From NCBI GenBank assembly GCA_047495785.1, contig JBLDXI010000028.1, forward strand, positions 496,001 through 560,000: DNA of 64,000 bases. The letters run 5' to 3'. The translations under genes were made by a program, and so were the position numbers. The DNA is from Lepidodermella squamata. Taxonomy: Eukaryota > Animalia > Gastrotricha. Below are positions 11,573 through 24,793 of the stretch, piece after piece. The notes under the pieces are model-generated. The model had not been told where the DNA came from. It did no database searches and saw only the letters and a list, made by a program, of their open reading frames with translations. Each line of letters begins with the position of its first letter. The first letter of the stretch is position 1.

Positions 11573-14500
11573 ATGATTATATATTCTTTATTGTTATCTG
11601 TACTATTGCTCAGTCAATCGCTTGCCGAGTCTCCGGCTAGGGGTGAGTTTCATCACTCTGAAAAATCTAACATGCTGTCATGCTTAATGCTTTTCAGGCT
11701 TGGTCTACTATCCTCCATACAGCGATCCATTTGCTGATTCGGCGGATCCATGCTCTCAGCTTTTTGAATGGAAGGTGACAGAAGGGTTTGTTGACTTGGA
11801 CCTGACTTTTAATTGATTTTTAAACATGTTTTCGACATTTTAGAACTTTTGTTACTCCGAAACCTGATACAATGAAGGAGTGCCGTGGCTCCGTTAATAA
11901 TATTCCATTCATTGCTCCGAAAATTGCGAGCACAAGCATGGATCAGGAAGCCATCGAAGATTACTGGGTGGATCTGAGTCAAAACCCTCTTGGCAGTTTC
12001 AACATGGATTTTACATGTAAAGACCAGTCTGGCCGTGTTAAAACAGGCCTTTACTACTGGGTCTACATTTTCAAGAAGCAAGGTTTTACAAAGACCTACT
12101 CGTACCAAAGTATGATGTCTTGGGACACGGAGGGCAAGCTTTTATTCCAGCCCATCGAATCACAGACAGCTAACATCTCTTGCCGGTATTACGATTCAGC
12201 GAAAGGCTACATGACGCCAGTGCGAACCTGGCGCATCAGTTTTAAACAAACAAACTTCGTCCAGTCAAACAGTGTGCAAATACACAGCTGTTTGACTAAT
12301 AACCGACCAGTGCTGTCGTCGAATCGTGAAGTCAACGTTGTCGTCACATCGAATCGGCTCGAATTCTACCCATTTTGCCCGATTTACACGTGCAAAGTTA
12401 ACCCGACTAGCCCGTTCGAGCCGGTCATCTACACCCCGCAGCTTCCAAAATGTGAAATTAACAGCCGTGATCCGGCTAGTTACCAAACCTGCTACCTAGA
12501 CCCGCCGCAAGATCGCGAGGTCGCTTACTCCTGCAGATCTCCTGTTGGTGTGGGAGAAGGATCGGTTAAAATCAACGTGCAAAGTGGAGCGAGATTCGTT
12601 AACGACGAGGATTTCAAACCTCTTTACTTCAAAGAGGACGATCGAGATAGTGCGTTATACTGCACGGTAGACCCGAAAACTGCCCCCGATTCAGTACCTC
12701 AATGGGAGTTTTTGTCATCCAACTCTTACGGAGCGACTTATCAACCGTTGGTCTCAAGTTTGTACAAACAATTGAACGAAATTTCAACGGGCAGGCATCG
12801 GTTGATCATCACAACAGTTAAGCCTGAGCATGAGGGATCGTATCGTTGCGTTATCCCGCAATCATCGCGAGTTGTCGCGGGTGGTAAGCCAATTTACGGC
12901 TACTACTTCGTGAAAGTCTACGGAAAACCGCAATGTACCCCTTATGACGGTGCCTCAAGTCAGCCGTTGATGATCAACGGCGGTGCGGTTAATATCGATT
13001 TGAGGTTAATGTCTAGCTCATATATCACCATGCAATGTTCTCAATCTGTTGTGACAACGTGCCCAAATGATGACAAAACTTCAGATCGCGTGTGCGAGCC
13101 TGTTGCAGTGCTGAGGAAGGACGGCCAAGTTTGTGCCATGTCAAACGTGACGACTTCGAATTTCTGCGGCGGGACTCAAAATATCAAAACTTCACAGCCT
13201 AGTCCTGGTTTGTTGAGAATCGATGTTTCGCTGAATAATAACGGCGGCGCTGATGCGTCAGTTATCGAAAATATCCGCGGCTCTTACGTTGTCCAACTAG
13301 TCTACCCAGCGCCGGCTAATTTACACCAAGACGTGCCATTCACCATCAACGCAGCTCCGCCAACGCCGACAAACGCGGGCTCGCAGTCGGAGCGGCAGGC
13401 TGACGGCGGTCTGTGGTGGATTGTGTTAATCGTAGCCGGAGTGATTTTAATCGTGCTTATCCTGTTCGTCATTGGCTATTGCTTGCGGCAATCGGGCCAA
13501 ACTTACCCGGTTGACAAGAAGGAACGCGATGCTGGTCACGATCCGGTTAAAGAGCTCAAAGATGCGGGTTTCACCGACTTCTCAGCGCAACCGTAAGTCC
13601 TCCTGAAATTGTCTCATTTTTCTAGGTTTTAATCCTCGATATTTTTTGTCAATTTCTTCCCTCGGTTTTTCTAGACTTATACCTAGGTACGTAAAAGATA
13701 GGCTTATATTAAATTTATTAACTCTTGACAATTTCAACTCAACCATTGTTTCCGCCGTCTGTCGAGGAAATTCGCCAATATTCAGCCGTTAAATCGACCA
13801 AGTTATATTTTCTTTTAGGGCAAAGTTTTTGCGCTTTTTACACTTATGGCCTGGGGTGTGTAGTTTTTTTCGCGGTACCAGTCAGTACACAATTTGTATC
13901 GATTTTCGATTCAATAGCACTTGAAAAATTGTTTGTAGGCTGCTCGACCACTCAGAAATTCTATCCAATACAAAAGTGTTGGTTTAATTACTGCGATAAA
14001 AAAATCGACGGGAACACAATTAGAGTTACGGCATTTGAATAATTTAGCGACCACGTTTAATTTTCTGAAAAATATCTCGGATGATTTTTCGGGTGTTTAA
14101 TGGCGAATTTCCGTGGTGTCTATGCCACGACGACGACGGCGGCGGTTCAAAAGTTGAGAAAACTATAATGACCGCTTGCGCAAGTGTTGTTCATGTCGGT
14201 TTTGTGACCATTGTCGGCGCCAGACAGGTGTACTTCTTACTCTACTATCTACTATCATAACCACACACAACACAAAACACAAGAGCCAATAGGTATACCT
14301 ATTTCTGATGATGAAGCCTTTAATTGATATATCATTATCATCATCAATAACCACCGACCGACTGTTGTTTTCGTCGCCGCTGCTGCTGCTGCTGCAATAA
14401 TAATTTCTTACCCGCATGTGATATCTACGGCATCTAATCGTCACATACTACACGCAGAGAAATGCTAATATTATAACGTAAACAACAAAGCTATGCGAAG

Positions 14501-17500
14501 ATGTCTTGTTCTGCCTACTCTGTAACATCCTCATCACCACAAGCGCCGTTTGATCATCTACTACTCTCGCTCTCGGTGTCTGTCGTTGGTCTGTGTCGTC
14601 GTGTCTCTCTCTCTCGAGCCGGGGTCAGGCATCTCGCGCACTTCCGCGCCGTGTTTGCCTAACGTGGTTATCACATTGTTTACTCGTGTTTTGCGTGACA
14701 TTCCACGCGGTCCCTCAAAAACCAAAGGGCCACAAAAATTCCCGAAATTCATACAAAAATGAGGAAAATTATGAACAATAATAATTCAATTAAAATTTAT
14801 TAATTTTTCCTGGAATCAATCAAAATCAGCATTTACCATCTCTTAAAATTGTGTAGAATATTTCAAGGATTTTCAAAATTTTCAATCAACGATTTCAATT
14901 AAGCGTTTGAATATATTTTAATTAATTTTCGATGTTCTCTTGGATTTTTTGTTTTTCCAAATTTTCCTTGATATTTTTATAATTCCGCATCAGTGGGTGC
15001 AAAAACAAAATTGTAGAAAAATCCAGAACTGCCAATCATTGAATTGGTTTATTTTCGACCAGTCTAGCGCGTGATTATGCTAATTTTTGGAGTTGTACAA
15101 TGCGTAAATTTTTTTCGGAATTTTTGCGCGCAAGTTTCGGCTGCCTCTCCTCCGAAGTCGCGAGGCTGGGCCGCGGGCGCGCGTGTTCGCTCGAAAGGCC
15201 GCGTGTCGCGTCGCGTAATTGCGCTTGTTCGTTAATAGCGACTTGAATGAACGACGACCCACCCGCCTTAAGAACCGCAGCTGCTGTGCCTCGTTCGCTT
15301 AATTCGACGACAATAGAGGGCGAACGGCCGGGCGATGATAGCGACCCCACAAATTTGTTTTATTGTTGTTGTCTCTTGTATACTTATGCGCATATACAGC
15401 AGTATATACAGTATTCCAGGCTAAAGAAGACTCTGAAGAAGAAAGAAGATGATAAGCCATCGATCTGTTATTATCATAACAAGCGTCGCCGCTTGGGAAT
15501 TGACTGGTCCCTCTCGCCGCCAGCTGGTTATACATTACATACATTTATTTCATTATTATTTGCCGACATCAGCAGCGGGTCAGCGTCAGCACGTGTTTCA
15601 TAAACGTTTTCATTACGCAACAGCAGATGGTTTTCGATTTCAACTCTGCGCGCGCGCGCGAAGATTCGATTTCCGCCGCGACTATATATGTCATCATCGC
15701 CATCATCATGAATTCATAATTACTGGCCGTTCAAGAGCTTGTTTTTCAGGCCGCACTAATCCTCACGGGACATGCTACTAAAAACAACATTTTCAAAGGA
15801 AAAACATACTGTATTTTTTCGTGTATAGTCAAAAGGTGTGTAGATCTACGAATAATTAGTAGCCGTCGTCGGCACTAGCGGATTTGTTATTACGCTCTGA
15901 CCGGTCGTCGGTCCACGTCCCTTGTTATTTATATTGCGGCGGCTGCTGCTGATAAAAACGCCGGCGTTGCTAATCGACAACGTTTTGTAATCGAAAATTT
16001 TTCATTATCAAGAGTCGCGCGTTTGCTGATATGTCGAACAGGACGCTGAGTTGTTCCCGCGGCTAAAGCAATAAAAAAGGCGGGCTAGGCGTGGTGGTGG
16101 TTGAGAGGTAAACAGGCTGCGTTGTTCGACACATCAAGTGATGTGTTGTTTTTTCTCTTCTCTTCTTTCGAGGTGATTATGCGAGGCGTAGAAAAGTCAT
16201 ACACTGTTTGCATAATGCCAGCAACGCGATGAAAAGGCGGCGGCCGACTCTCGTAGAAGAAGAATATAAAAGGTCTGGCTGGCTGGCTACATGCTGTATA
16301 TGAATAATGGAACACGTGGAAGCGCAATAAACCGCCAACACGCGCTTTATTGCCCATTTTCCGCGCGATTATCCGCCGCCGTCGTCGTGACACGCGACTT
16401 GAGGCCGGCCATGTACAGTCGAGAGTGTCAGTACCTGTATGTGAACAGCTGTCTGACGCCCATTTACGATTTTTTCCGGCTCAGTCTCGAGAGATGACCA
16501 TAAAAATTGCTACAAACCGCTCGGCTATACCTAAACCTATTTTCCGCATTTCTTTCATAATACCTACTCATAATAATATACTGGCTTTGCTTGATATATA
16601 ATTCTGCTACGTAACAACGGCTTTTTCAAGCGTAAAAATGAGGAAGTTGATTTTCGACCGGGTCCGGTGAAACAGCTGAGGGAGGCATTAAAAAGGCAAT
16701 GCGCCGTTAAAATCCGGCATTTCCGTTTGATGAATGATATATTTAAAATGAACAAAAAATATTTTAATTTTCGAATCATCCAAAGTTTTATTCAATTTGC
16801 ACTGGAATGCGGATAGAAAATCGTCTACGTTTATTTGATATCATTTTTGTGTAAGAAAGTTTTTTGTATCGTTTTTATTACATTATTCCACCCGAGGGAT
16901 TTTTCCGAATTATTTTTGCGCGATTTTATTGCGCCCAACGTACCAATCGTGCGTTAACCCTGATTCTTTTTTTACGTGCCAAAAATTGTTGATCAATTTC
17001 TGCGATCAAGTACAAGATTTTTACATATATATCGCTGAGTCAATATTTGAATTTCAAATTCACAAGTCATGCCTAATCAGTGTGATTTGCGTGACAACAT
17101 ATGTCGCGGCCTCTCTGGACTAATTTTTCCTTTGCATTTGAATAAGAAGAAGACGGCGGAAAAAAAATCGGCGATGTGTCGCTAATTTGTGCGACGCGAG
17201 TCCCGGCGGGTGGCGTTTCTTTCTTTCTTTTGAAATGCCCGCAAAAATTAGTCACGCGAGACGAGTGACCAGGAAAAAGCAATTAAATTGCTGTGACGTC
17301 GCCTTTCTTGAATAAATACACACCATGAGGGCGCGGCGGGTTCTTGTTCGAGAAAACAAAAACAAACCAGCGCGGCCTGGAATTTGTTTTTACATCGCTC
17401 ACCCATCATCGCCAGTGCTAGTATTCAGTTATTCAATTAATGCGCGAAATATTGACGCGCACTCGATAATAAAGAGCAGGCGAAAAGAGCACCGGTCCCT

Positions 17501-19722
17501 TCTTTTAAGGTGTCACCTGTCAGCAGGCCGTGTTTGTGCGGCTTGAGGCGTTGAGATCAATTATTTGATTGTAGGGCCACACGCGACGCGTATTTATAAT
17601 TCAGGCTGAATTCAGCATTCAGTTCTGTAATCACAACTCGCCTTGTAAATAATAAGTTTCGAGGACGCAAAATTCGATTAACGACCGGCCGCCGGATGGC
17701 GAGCGAGCGAGCGAGCGAGCGAACGAACGAACGCTTGATACATTGGCCTGTTTTTGTTGTTTGCGCCCAGATAATGAGGCGCCTTTTTATTGTTGCTTAG
17801 TCATCATCACCACCAGGTATAATGCGAAAAGGGCGATCGCGCAATTCGATCGTTTCAGCTGTTGTTTTTGCGGCGATGAGGATGTGGCCACAAGGCAAAA
17901 TGCGCTCCAGATATTGTATGTTTAATGCGGATCAGAGCAGCCTTCTTCAATAATAGCAATAATAACAACAATGGTTAAGGCGGCTGTTGGCTTTTTGAGC
18001 GCACACACCTGTAAATAGGCGCTCGCTAGTGGTTTATTATGATATCGCTACACTTTTGTTGTGTGCGGCCCGTCGATTTTCGCCGATTGATAATGACTAC
18101 ACAGCTGGTAGCAATCGCGGCTCGTATTATAAGAGAACGAGCGAGAGAGAGATGAGGAAAAACGCCAATTTATCCACGCCGGCTAGAGTACGATGCTTAT
18201 CAAGCCGTACAGCGTACGAAAAGAATCCAACTACGCAAGAATGAACGAATAAAAAATTACGCGTACTACAACTCGACAACAAATATCAAGTGAAAAACGG
18301 ATTTTACGCCCAATTTTTACCTGATATCTAAATTGATCCACCTCAAAATTTCAAGTTGTTTGATATTCAACTCTTGTCACGTGAAATTTTTTTGAAAAAT
18401 GAAATTTCACCTGATTTGGAGGCGTCTAAATTGCATTGTACGACAGGTTAGAGGTGATACGTTCGATGAAAGGCGGAGATAGTGCGTAAAAAACACGCCG
18501 CGGGCTCGAGTTCATTATCTCCTTATCTCGTACACGACTCATCATCGTGATATTTTATTACTCGTAAACGGCTAGTTGAGTTTGTTGTTTTTTCTGGGTA
18601 GATGCATAACCTCGGAATGCATGCAAACGCAAAAAACACGGGCAGCAGCGGAGATATCATTAAAAGACGTTTTTTTGCCCCGTTGCCCTGACGGGAAAAT
18701 ATTATTTCTATTATTTAATGTATTATTTTTGTGTCGACCACTGCGTTGAAATAACAACATTATTGTACCCTGTTCTGGCGCTGTACAGTACATATGCGTA
18801 TGAGCTGAGGTCAGAAACCGACGTGAAATGAACTGAAATTGCATGGCTAAAGAGTTGATTGGCCAAGCTAAAAATTGATAATAACAGTAATAAAAAGTTG
18901 ATTTTAATTCTCAAATCGATGTAAGATGCGGAAAATGGTCGTTAAGAAATTTGCAATAATTGATATTATAGAGATTAAGGCTGCGAAATGACGCTATTAA
19001 GGGAAAATTCATGTAATTGACTTGGCGAAAGCGTCGTTGACTGCGAATAATTGCTATTTTAGAACAGAAAGACAGTAGTAATTGAAGAGCTAGAAAATAT
19101 GGATCAGCTTGCAATTTTTGAATTTGTATTATTCACAAAATTTTATTTTGCGAAATTTGGCGGATGTTTTTAAGCCGAGTCAAGAAAACATCGTGGAAAG
19201 ATATAAAACAAAACCTAATATTTACTGTCTCAAATTGTAATTTGTAACTGTTAACCTGGTTCGTAAATGGTATAGATCCGCATATAATTATGATAAAAAA
19301 GCTTGCTTTCCACGAATTATCGATTGAATTAAATGTTTGTTTTTCTTGCTTGCAGAGCTCACGGAGGCAGTGAACCATCGCTAACCGGCAGCGTGAAAGT
19401 GCCCGAAGACTCGGACAGTTTAGGCGAATACGGCGAAATCGACCCGACGAAATTCAACGAAGACGGCTCCTTCATCCACCAGTACGGCCCCGGCGGCCAC
19501 CCGGCCTCGGCCGTGGCGCCCGGCTCCGCGCTCGGCCCTCGCATTTCAAACTCGCAACAAGTGCCTCTGCAACAGGTGGTCGTGCCGCCTGTCATTCCCG
19601 GGCCGCCGTCCCATCACAGGAACGCGGGCCCGGCGCCACCGCCCCGGCCCGAACGGTCGGCAGCGTCGCGGCAAGCGCTACCCTCGCACCACCCGGTACC
19701 ATCAGGCGGTACCAACGTCTAG
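11573..19722 (+). CDS. Atypical L1/neuroglian-family type I membrane protein (receptor A), ~757 aa; exons 11573-11642, 11698-11785, 11844-13592, 19356-19722
   Basis: Signal peptide MIIYSLLLSVLLLSQSLA. One clear Ig signature (LYC..W..HRLIITTVKPEHEGSYRC). TM WWIVLIVAGVILIVLILFVIGYCL. Juxtamembrane GQTYPVDKKE resembles L1 GGKYSVKDKE. A phase-2 splice (CC|gtaagt ... tgcag|A) joins SLTGSVK..DSDSLGEYG..KFNEDGSFIHQY, the L1 ankyrin-binding region. Additional exons inside the long intron are not excluded. Confidence 0.88.
17699..17733. repeat. Compound microsatellite (GCGA)n(ACGA)n in the long intron
   Basis: Run of gcga repeats followed directly by acga repeats. Confidence 0.9.
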
Positions 19723-22700
19723 TCTCTAGTTGCTAAACAAAAAACTTCGTTAATTCGTAAAAAATCCTGAACTAAGGCGAGATTTCAAAATTCAACCTAG
19801 CGCTAAGCGGAACGAGTTTTTCACGATCGTTGCGGCTACATCTAACTGTTTCTTGTTTGTTAACGTTGTAAATTTTTTCGTCCGTTTAATCACGCAATTG
19901 ATTGCCTGGCACCACATGCGATCTTCAATCATTTTTTTCTGGTTTCCTCGCTTTGTTGTTGGTTGAGTGAGCGAAAATTCAGCTAGAAAAATTGAAATAA
20001 ATCAGGCTCAACATATTTTAATTTGGTTGAAAAATGATTTTTTCCAATTCATCTCGCTGGAATTTCGTAGTTCAAAGCGCTTGATGCAGATTTGTTTTTG
20101 AGACAAAAATTCTATGAGTACTCGAAATATTATATCATCGTTAAAAACTGGCAAAAATACTTCTTGTCCTCGAGCCCCATGTTTTGTGTACAAAAATTCC
20201 GAAAAATTCCTGTAAATAGTTGTTAGCTACTTGATACGTACCGGAAGCAGTTGTTGCGTCTCTAACATCATCTCTCTTTCTCTCTCTACAGATAAATAAA
20301 ATATATATTAATCAAATTATCAACAACTACCCTCGCTTTTTTTATACGCCGAAAATACAATTACAATTTGAATGAAATTTGAGCGATTTTTGTTTCACGA
20401 GAAAGAAAAAATTATGACAATTAATTGTTGACGTTGTTTTTGTGTCCCGCATGAGTGTGTTTTTCAGTTTGCTGTTCGAAACGTTGTTTCCGCCTCGGTC
20501 TGGCCTCGTTTTTTGCTCCTCCTCTCGCCGCCGTAGCCTAGGCCGTGTCTCTCGCTCTCTCTTTTCGTTTTTTTATACAACATTACTATGTAACATTTAA
20601 TCGTCAATCTTAGCTTGCTTTCACAGTGATCGTCCAGTCGATGATATATTAACGAGAAATGCGGCTGCGGCGGCGGGTGTTACAAATTTTGCGATGATTC
20701 AGCCAGTTTCGGGGTAACAAATGGATACCATGAGCGTTATATATTGCCTATTCTAATTATTACCGAATTATATATGAATATATATATATATGATAATAAT
20801 GTTATGTTTATGATGTGTATATATGTAATACCTGCGGAAAGAATGTTGCGCATAAAAAAACGGAGAAAAACTACATACATACACACATTTTGTGACTGCC
20901 TTTTGTTCGATGATGAAAAAAACGAGAATAAATACTGAAATTGAAGGATGGAATGAAAACCGAAAAAGAAATGTTGCGAAATACGAATAAAATTTTATCA
21001 ACATTTTTCAGTAGCGGTACTTTTGTAGCTGATTTTTTATTCCAACTCAAAGTTTGAGGGTTATTTTAGGATTTTGCAGACAAGGTATCGCAGCTCATTT
21101 GTTAGCTAAATTGAATTGAAATTTGGCAGTCAGATTTCGAAAACAATTAGGGGGCTATTTACACGATATGTTTAAAAATTTTGTTGATTTTTGCGGGGAA
21201 TATTTGATGAACCAAGTTTTATTGTCTATTTTTTCGTGGACGAGAGCTTTTTATCAGTGCATTATTTGTCCTGGTATTGCTAAATTTTGCCGCAAATGAC
21301 AGGTGATAACAGCGCGCGGACGCGAGTATAAGGTGTAATTTGCCACACATGTGCGCTTGTCGCCTTGTAAAAAAAGAAGCGTCTTATTCATGTTATTTGC
21401 GCGCATGTTTGTTGTTTCGCGTGACTTTGCGCGCGCTCAATTATTGCACCCGTGTTTGTTTCTGCGCGAGCCAATTGCAAAACCAACAAAAATTTGTCGT
21501 CGCACTTTTTTTTTCACGACGTGTGTGCGTCTCAATTATGTGGATTTTGCGAGCGAATTATTGCCGTCTATTATAATGACAGCAGCGGAAATATTTACTA
21601 ATAAATAATATGGCTGTTTACTAAACAGCTTCGCAAAGTATAGCTATCATGGTGATTAATTATTCGCGGCTAAGTCACGATGGACTATAATCCGCTGTAT
21701 TCAAGTGTTTTGCCTCTTTCTTAGAAAGCGCACGTTTTGCAAACTATATAGCGAAAGTGAAGTGTGTATGAAAGAGCCGTGTCTCGACTTGAAGGGTGAA
21801 CTCTTCTGAAATGAAGCTCGCCAGTTGCCAGGTTAAAACTTGAAAGGATGACCGACATGGCTGTAAAACGGCCACTCAACAAGGGTCACAAGTGCCACTT
21901 TAAGGCATAGATGCCGCAAAATACTATTACTTATTTGGTGTAATAATTTCGAGTCCCATATATCGCATGCAAATTAATTGTAACTTATTGGCTGGCACCG
22001 AGCCAAAAAGCAGCTCCATGTCAAAGTTTCTGATCGATTTCTTTGTGTTCGAAACTTGAAGCGGTATGAACAGCCCTTACAGGTAACCAACGAGAATAGC
22101 AATAATTAGATCAGTCCAAAACTCGGACAAATTGAGACACGATAGGTAGATGAAAAATCACCGAAACTCGTCTCACAGAAAGATGGAATTGAGCAAATGA
22201 TAAGATGAGTGTATACCTCAGTTACATCGATAGAGGCCAATGACCTATGTCGATTGGCTGACATTCAGTCTTTCATATCAAGTGAAATGGCTGATCTACC
22301 ATCTGCCCAGAACAGGATTTCAATCATTAACAGGCGTTCGTTTGAAAGAAACTGAGTTTAATGAATTGGCTGAAATGTATGCTGATATTATAAGTAAAAA
22401 GATTTCCCTTCTTCAAAGATTTGAATTCTCGGCTCCGATGCCAGTCTTATTTCTAGCTTCAAACGCAGTTGAAAATCGACGATCAACAAGGCGATTTCAT
22501 CTGTTGCATACGGCACCGGGCAAGTGATCGAGAGGTTTCAGACGTGATAGATATGTCACCGACTATTCCTTTTGGATTTCACCTGTTGGCTGAATCGAAA
22601 GGGGATGCCTAACTTTTGTCTACCTTGTCCTGCCTGCTTTGCTACTTCGGGCGGATGGTTCATCCTAGGCTAAGTAAGTAAGGGTGTACCAACAATCAGC

Positions 22701-23034
22701 ATAGGTTGGTTCGCAATTCGCAAATGGACTCGCCTTTGGTCAATTGTGAATCTACTTTGTCAAGTTCGTTTGACGATCCGGCGGGAATTTCGAGTCATTC
22801 GATCGACTTAATTAAAGAAAATACCGCCTACCCCTACTACGCCTACATAAAAATAATTCTAAAATTGATCAGGCATTCTGATGAATGTGTGAAATGAGAT
22901 GACATTCACAAGGGGTCCATTCAAGCGCTGATTCAAAAGTAGCCAAGGAATCTCCTATGAAAGGAAAAATAAAAAAGAGAATGCACTGAAGCTGCACCGA
23001 AATTCTTTATTCTTCCAATTTTGTTGTTGGGGAA

Positions 23035-24461
23035 ATGAGTTATTACCCTAATAATAACAGCTACCCGCCCTCAAACTACTCGAATAATTACAACAGCAAT
23101 AACAATACCAGCAATGAGCCCATTGATTTGACGAATCTCGACAATGAGTTCAACATCAAATGCAACTGCAGATTTTGCTGTGAGCATGTTGACGACGAAC
23201 AGCAGGAAGCTTACGCGACGAAATACGCTGATACAACATCGACCAAGTACAAAGTTGCTAAGGCTTTCGAATGGATTCTCCTCATTGCCGTCGCTGCAGA
23301 ACTCTTCATAGCCGTTGGATGCTTCATTTTCGGGGTGTATTTAGACTATCTACGAAAAGAAATGACAGTTTTACAGGTGAATTTTCGAAAATGTTTGTTG
23401 ATCCCGTAGTTTTTCGTTCTAATTCACAGCTTGCCGATGGGTCTTCAGCTCAAGCTACAGAAAATAATCGAATCATTACTCTGCTCAATAACATACCAGC
23501 CTTCCTAATCACAGTTGGCGTAGTCATGGTGGTTTTCGTTGGAATTGGAGCTGCCGGGGCTTTACGTCACTACATGCCATTTCTCGGGCTGTACTTGGGC
23601 TTTCTGCTCGCAGTCACCCTGGCCCAACTCATCATCATCCTAGCTTTCGTCGACAATAAAGACGCGATCGCGAAAACAGTCCGCGATGAATTCTCGACAA
23701 ATGGCATTAAAAACTACTTCGACGACTCTGACTTGAAGTACATCATCGATTCTATGCAAGTCAAATTCAACTGTTGCGGCAGCGGGGATACGGGTTATAA
23801 AGAGTGGAATGGTAATATGTACTACAACTGCACGGTGGACAATCCAAGCATTCAGAGGTGTGGGGTTCCGGCGACGTGTTGCATCAATGCTACGTCGGGC
23901 TATGACTACTCGCGGTCGACGTCGAGTGTTATCAACAATTTTTGCGGCGCTGAAACGCTGTCGCCAGCTGCTACAAATGTGCAGAATAAGATCAACACGG
24001 GCGGATGCTTCAAACCGGTTAGTTTTTCGAACCAAGGAAATCTAAAACCTTTAAAGCTAATCATTTCATTCCCAGGTTCTGGATTATTTGGACTCATACA
24101 CTTATGTAATCGTTCTGGTGGTGGGAGTTATAGCGTTCGTACCTATCATGGAGGTGAATTTTCAACCCGATCTGCTCTTTTACTGTAATTTTAGCATCTT
24201 ATCCAGGAGGTTTGTCTTTGCTACCTCATTCACATGATTCGCGGCGAGAGGCGAATCTATGAATACTGGAAGAAATATGGCGTTTACCCGCCTTCAACAC
24301 CACCACCCCCTGAAGCCATTGCGGCCCCAGATCCTATTGGAGGCGATAATTACGACTACTCTTCAGGTGGAGGTTATGGAGAACCACGTGGAGGCAACAT
24401 AAACAGAGCTTTCGATGGTAATCACAGCAACAATGTTGAGGAGATAAGACTAAACCGGTGA
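23035..24461 (+). CDS. Tetraspanin, TspanC8 subfamily (Tspan5/14/15/17/33-like), ~420 aa; exons 23035-23376, 23430-24017, 24076-24153, 24207-24461
   Basis: Four hydrophobic segments. The large loop has CCG, NMYYNC, RCGVPATCC, FCG and GGC, giving 8 cysteines. Three short GT-AG introns restore one frame. Confidence 0.9.
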
Positions 24462-24793
24462 TCTACCTAATTGTATTCCAACCAAAATCTGCTGCATTTA
24501 ACCGGTCTCATGAGCTTGCATTTGCAATTTGAACAAATCCGTTGTTATTTTATTAATAAAATCATGCGTCTCGATGACTTGGGCACGTGCTTTTCCAAAA
24601 AGGCGAAAGGCTGTATTTAAATAAGGAATTGAATTCCCTTCCTATCTCCTCTTGAATTAGGACGCATTAAAACCTGTCTTTCGTAAGACAGCTTATCTTT
24701 CAACCCCAGTTTCGAGGTCATAGATAAAGCCGACACAGGGTACATGGTCGACTGCTTGTTTTTTCTTAATAGCTAGTTTTTGAATTGCGAAAA

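Noticed and set aside
14163-19114. Many 60-118-aa ORFs inside the long intron of receptor A
   Set aside because: They derive from simple-repeat and CpG-rich non-coding sequence. None encodes Ig or FN3 motifs, and they lie downstream of the TM exon, so they cannot supply the missing ectodomain.
22240-22527. ORF containing FQSLTGVRLKETEFNELAEMY, faintly like the N-terminus of Harbinger/ISL2EU-type transposases
   Set aside because: The similarity is too short, and no catalytic motifs or TIRs were found.
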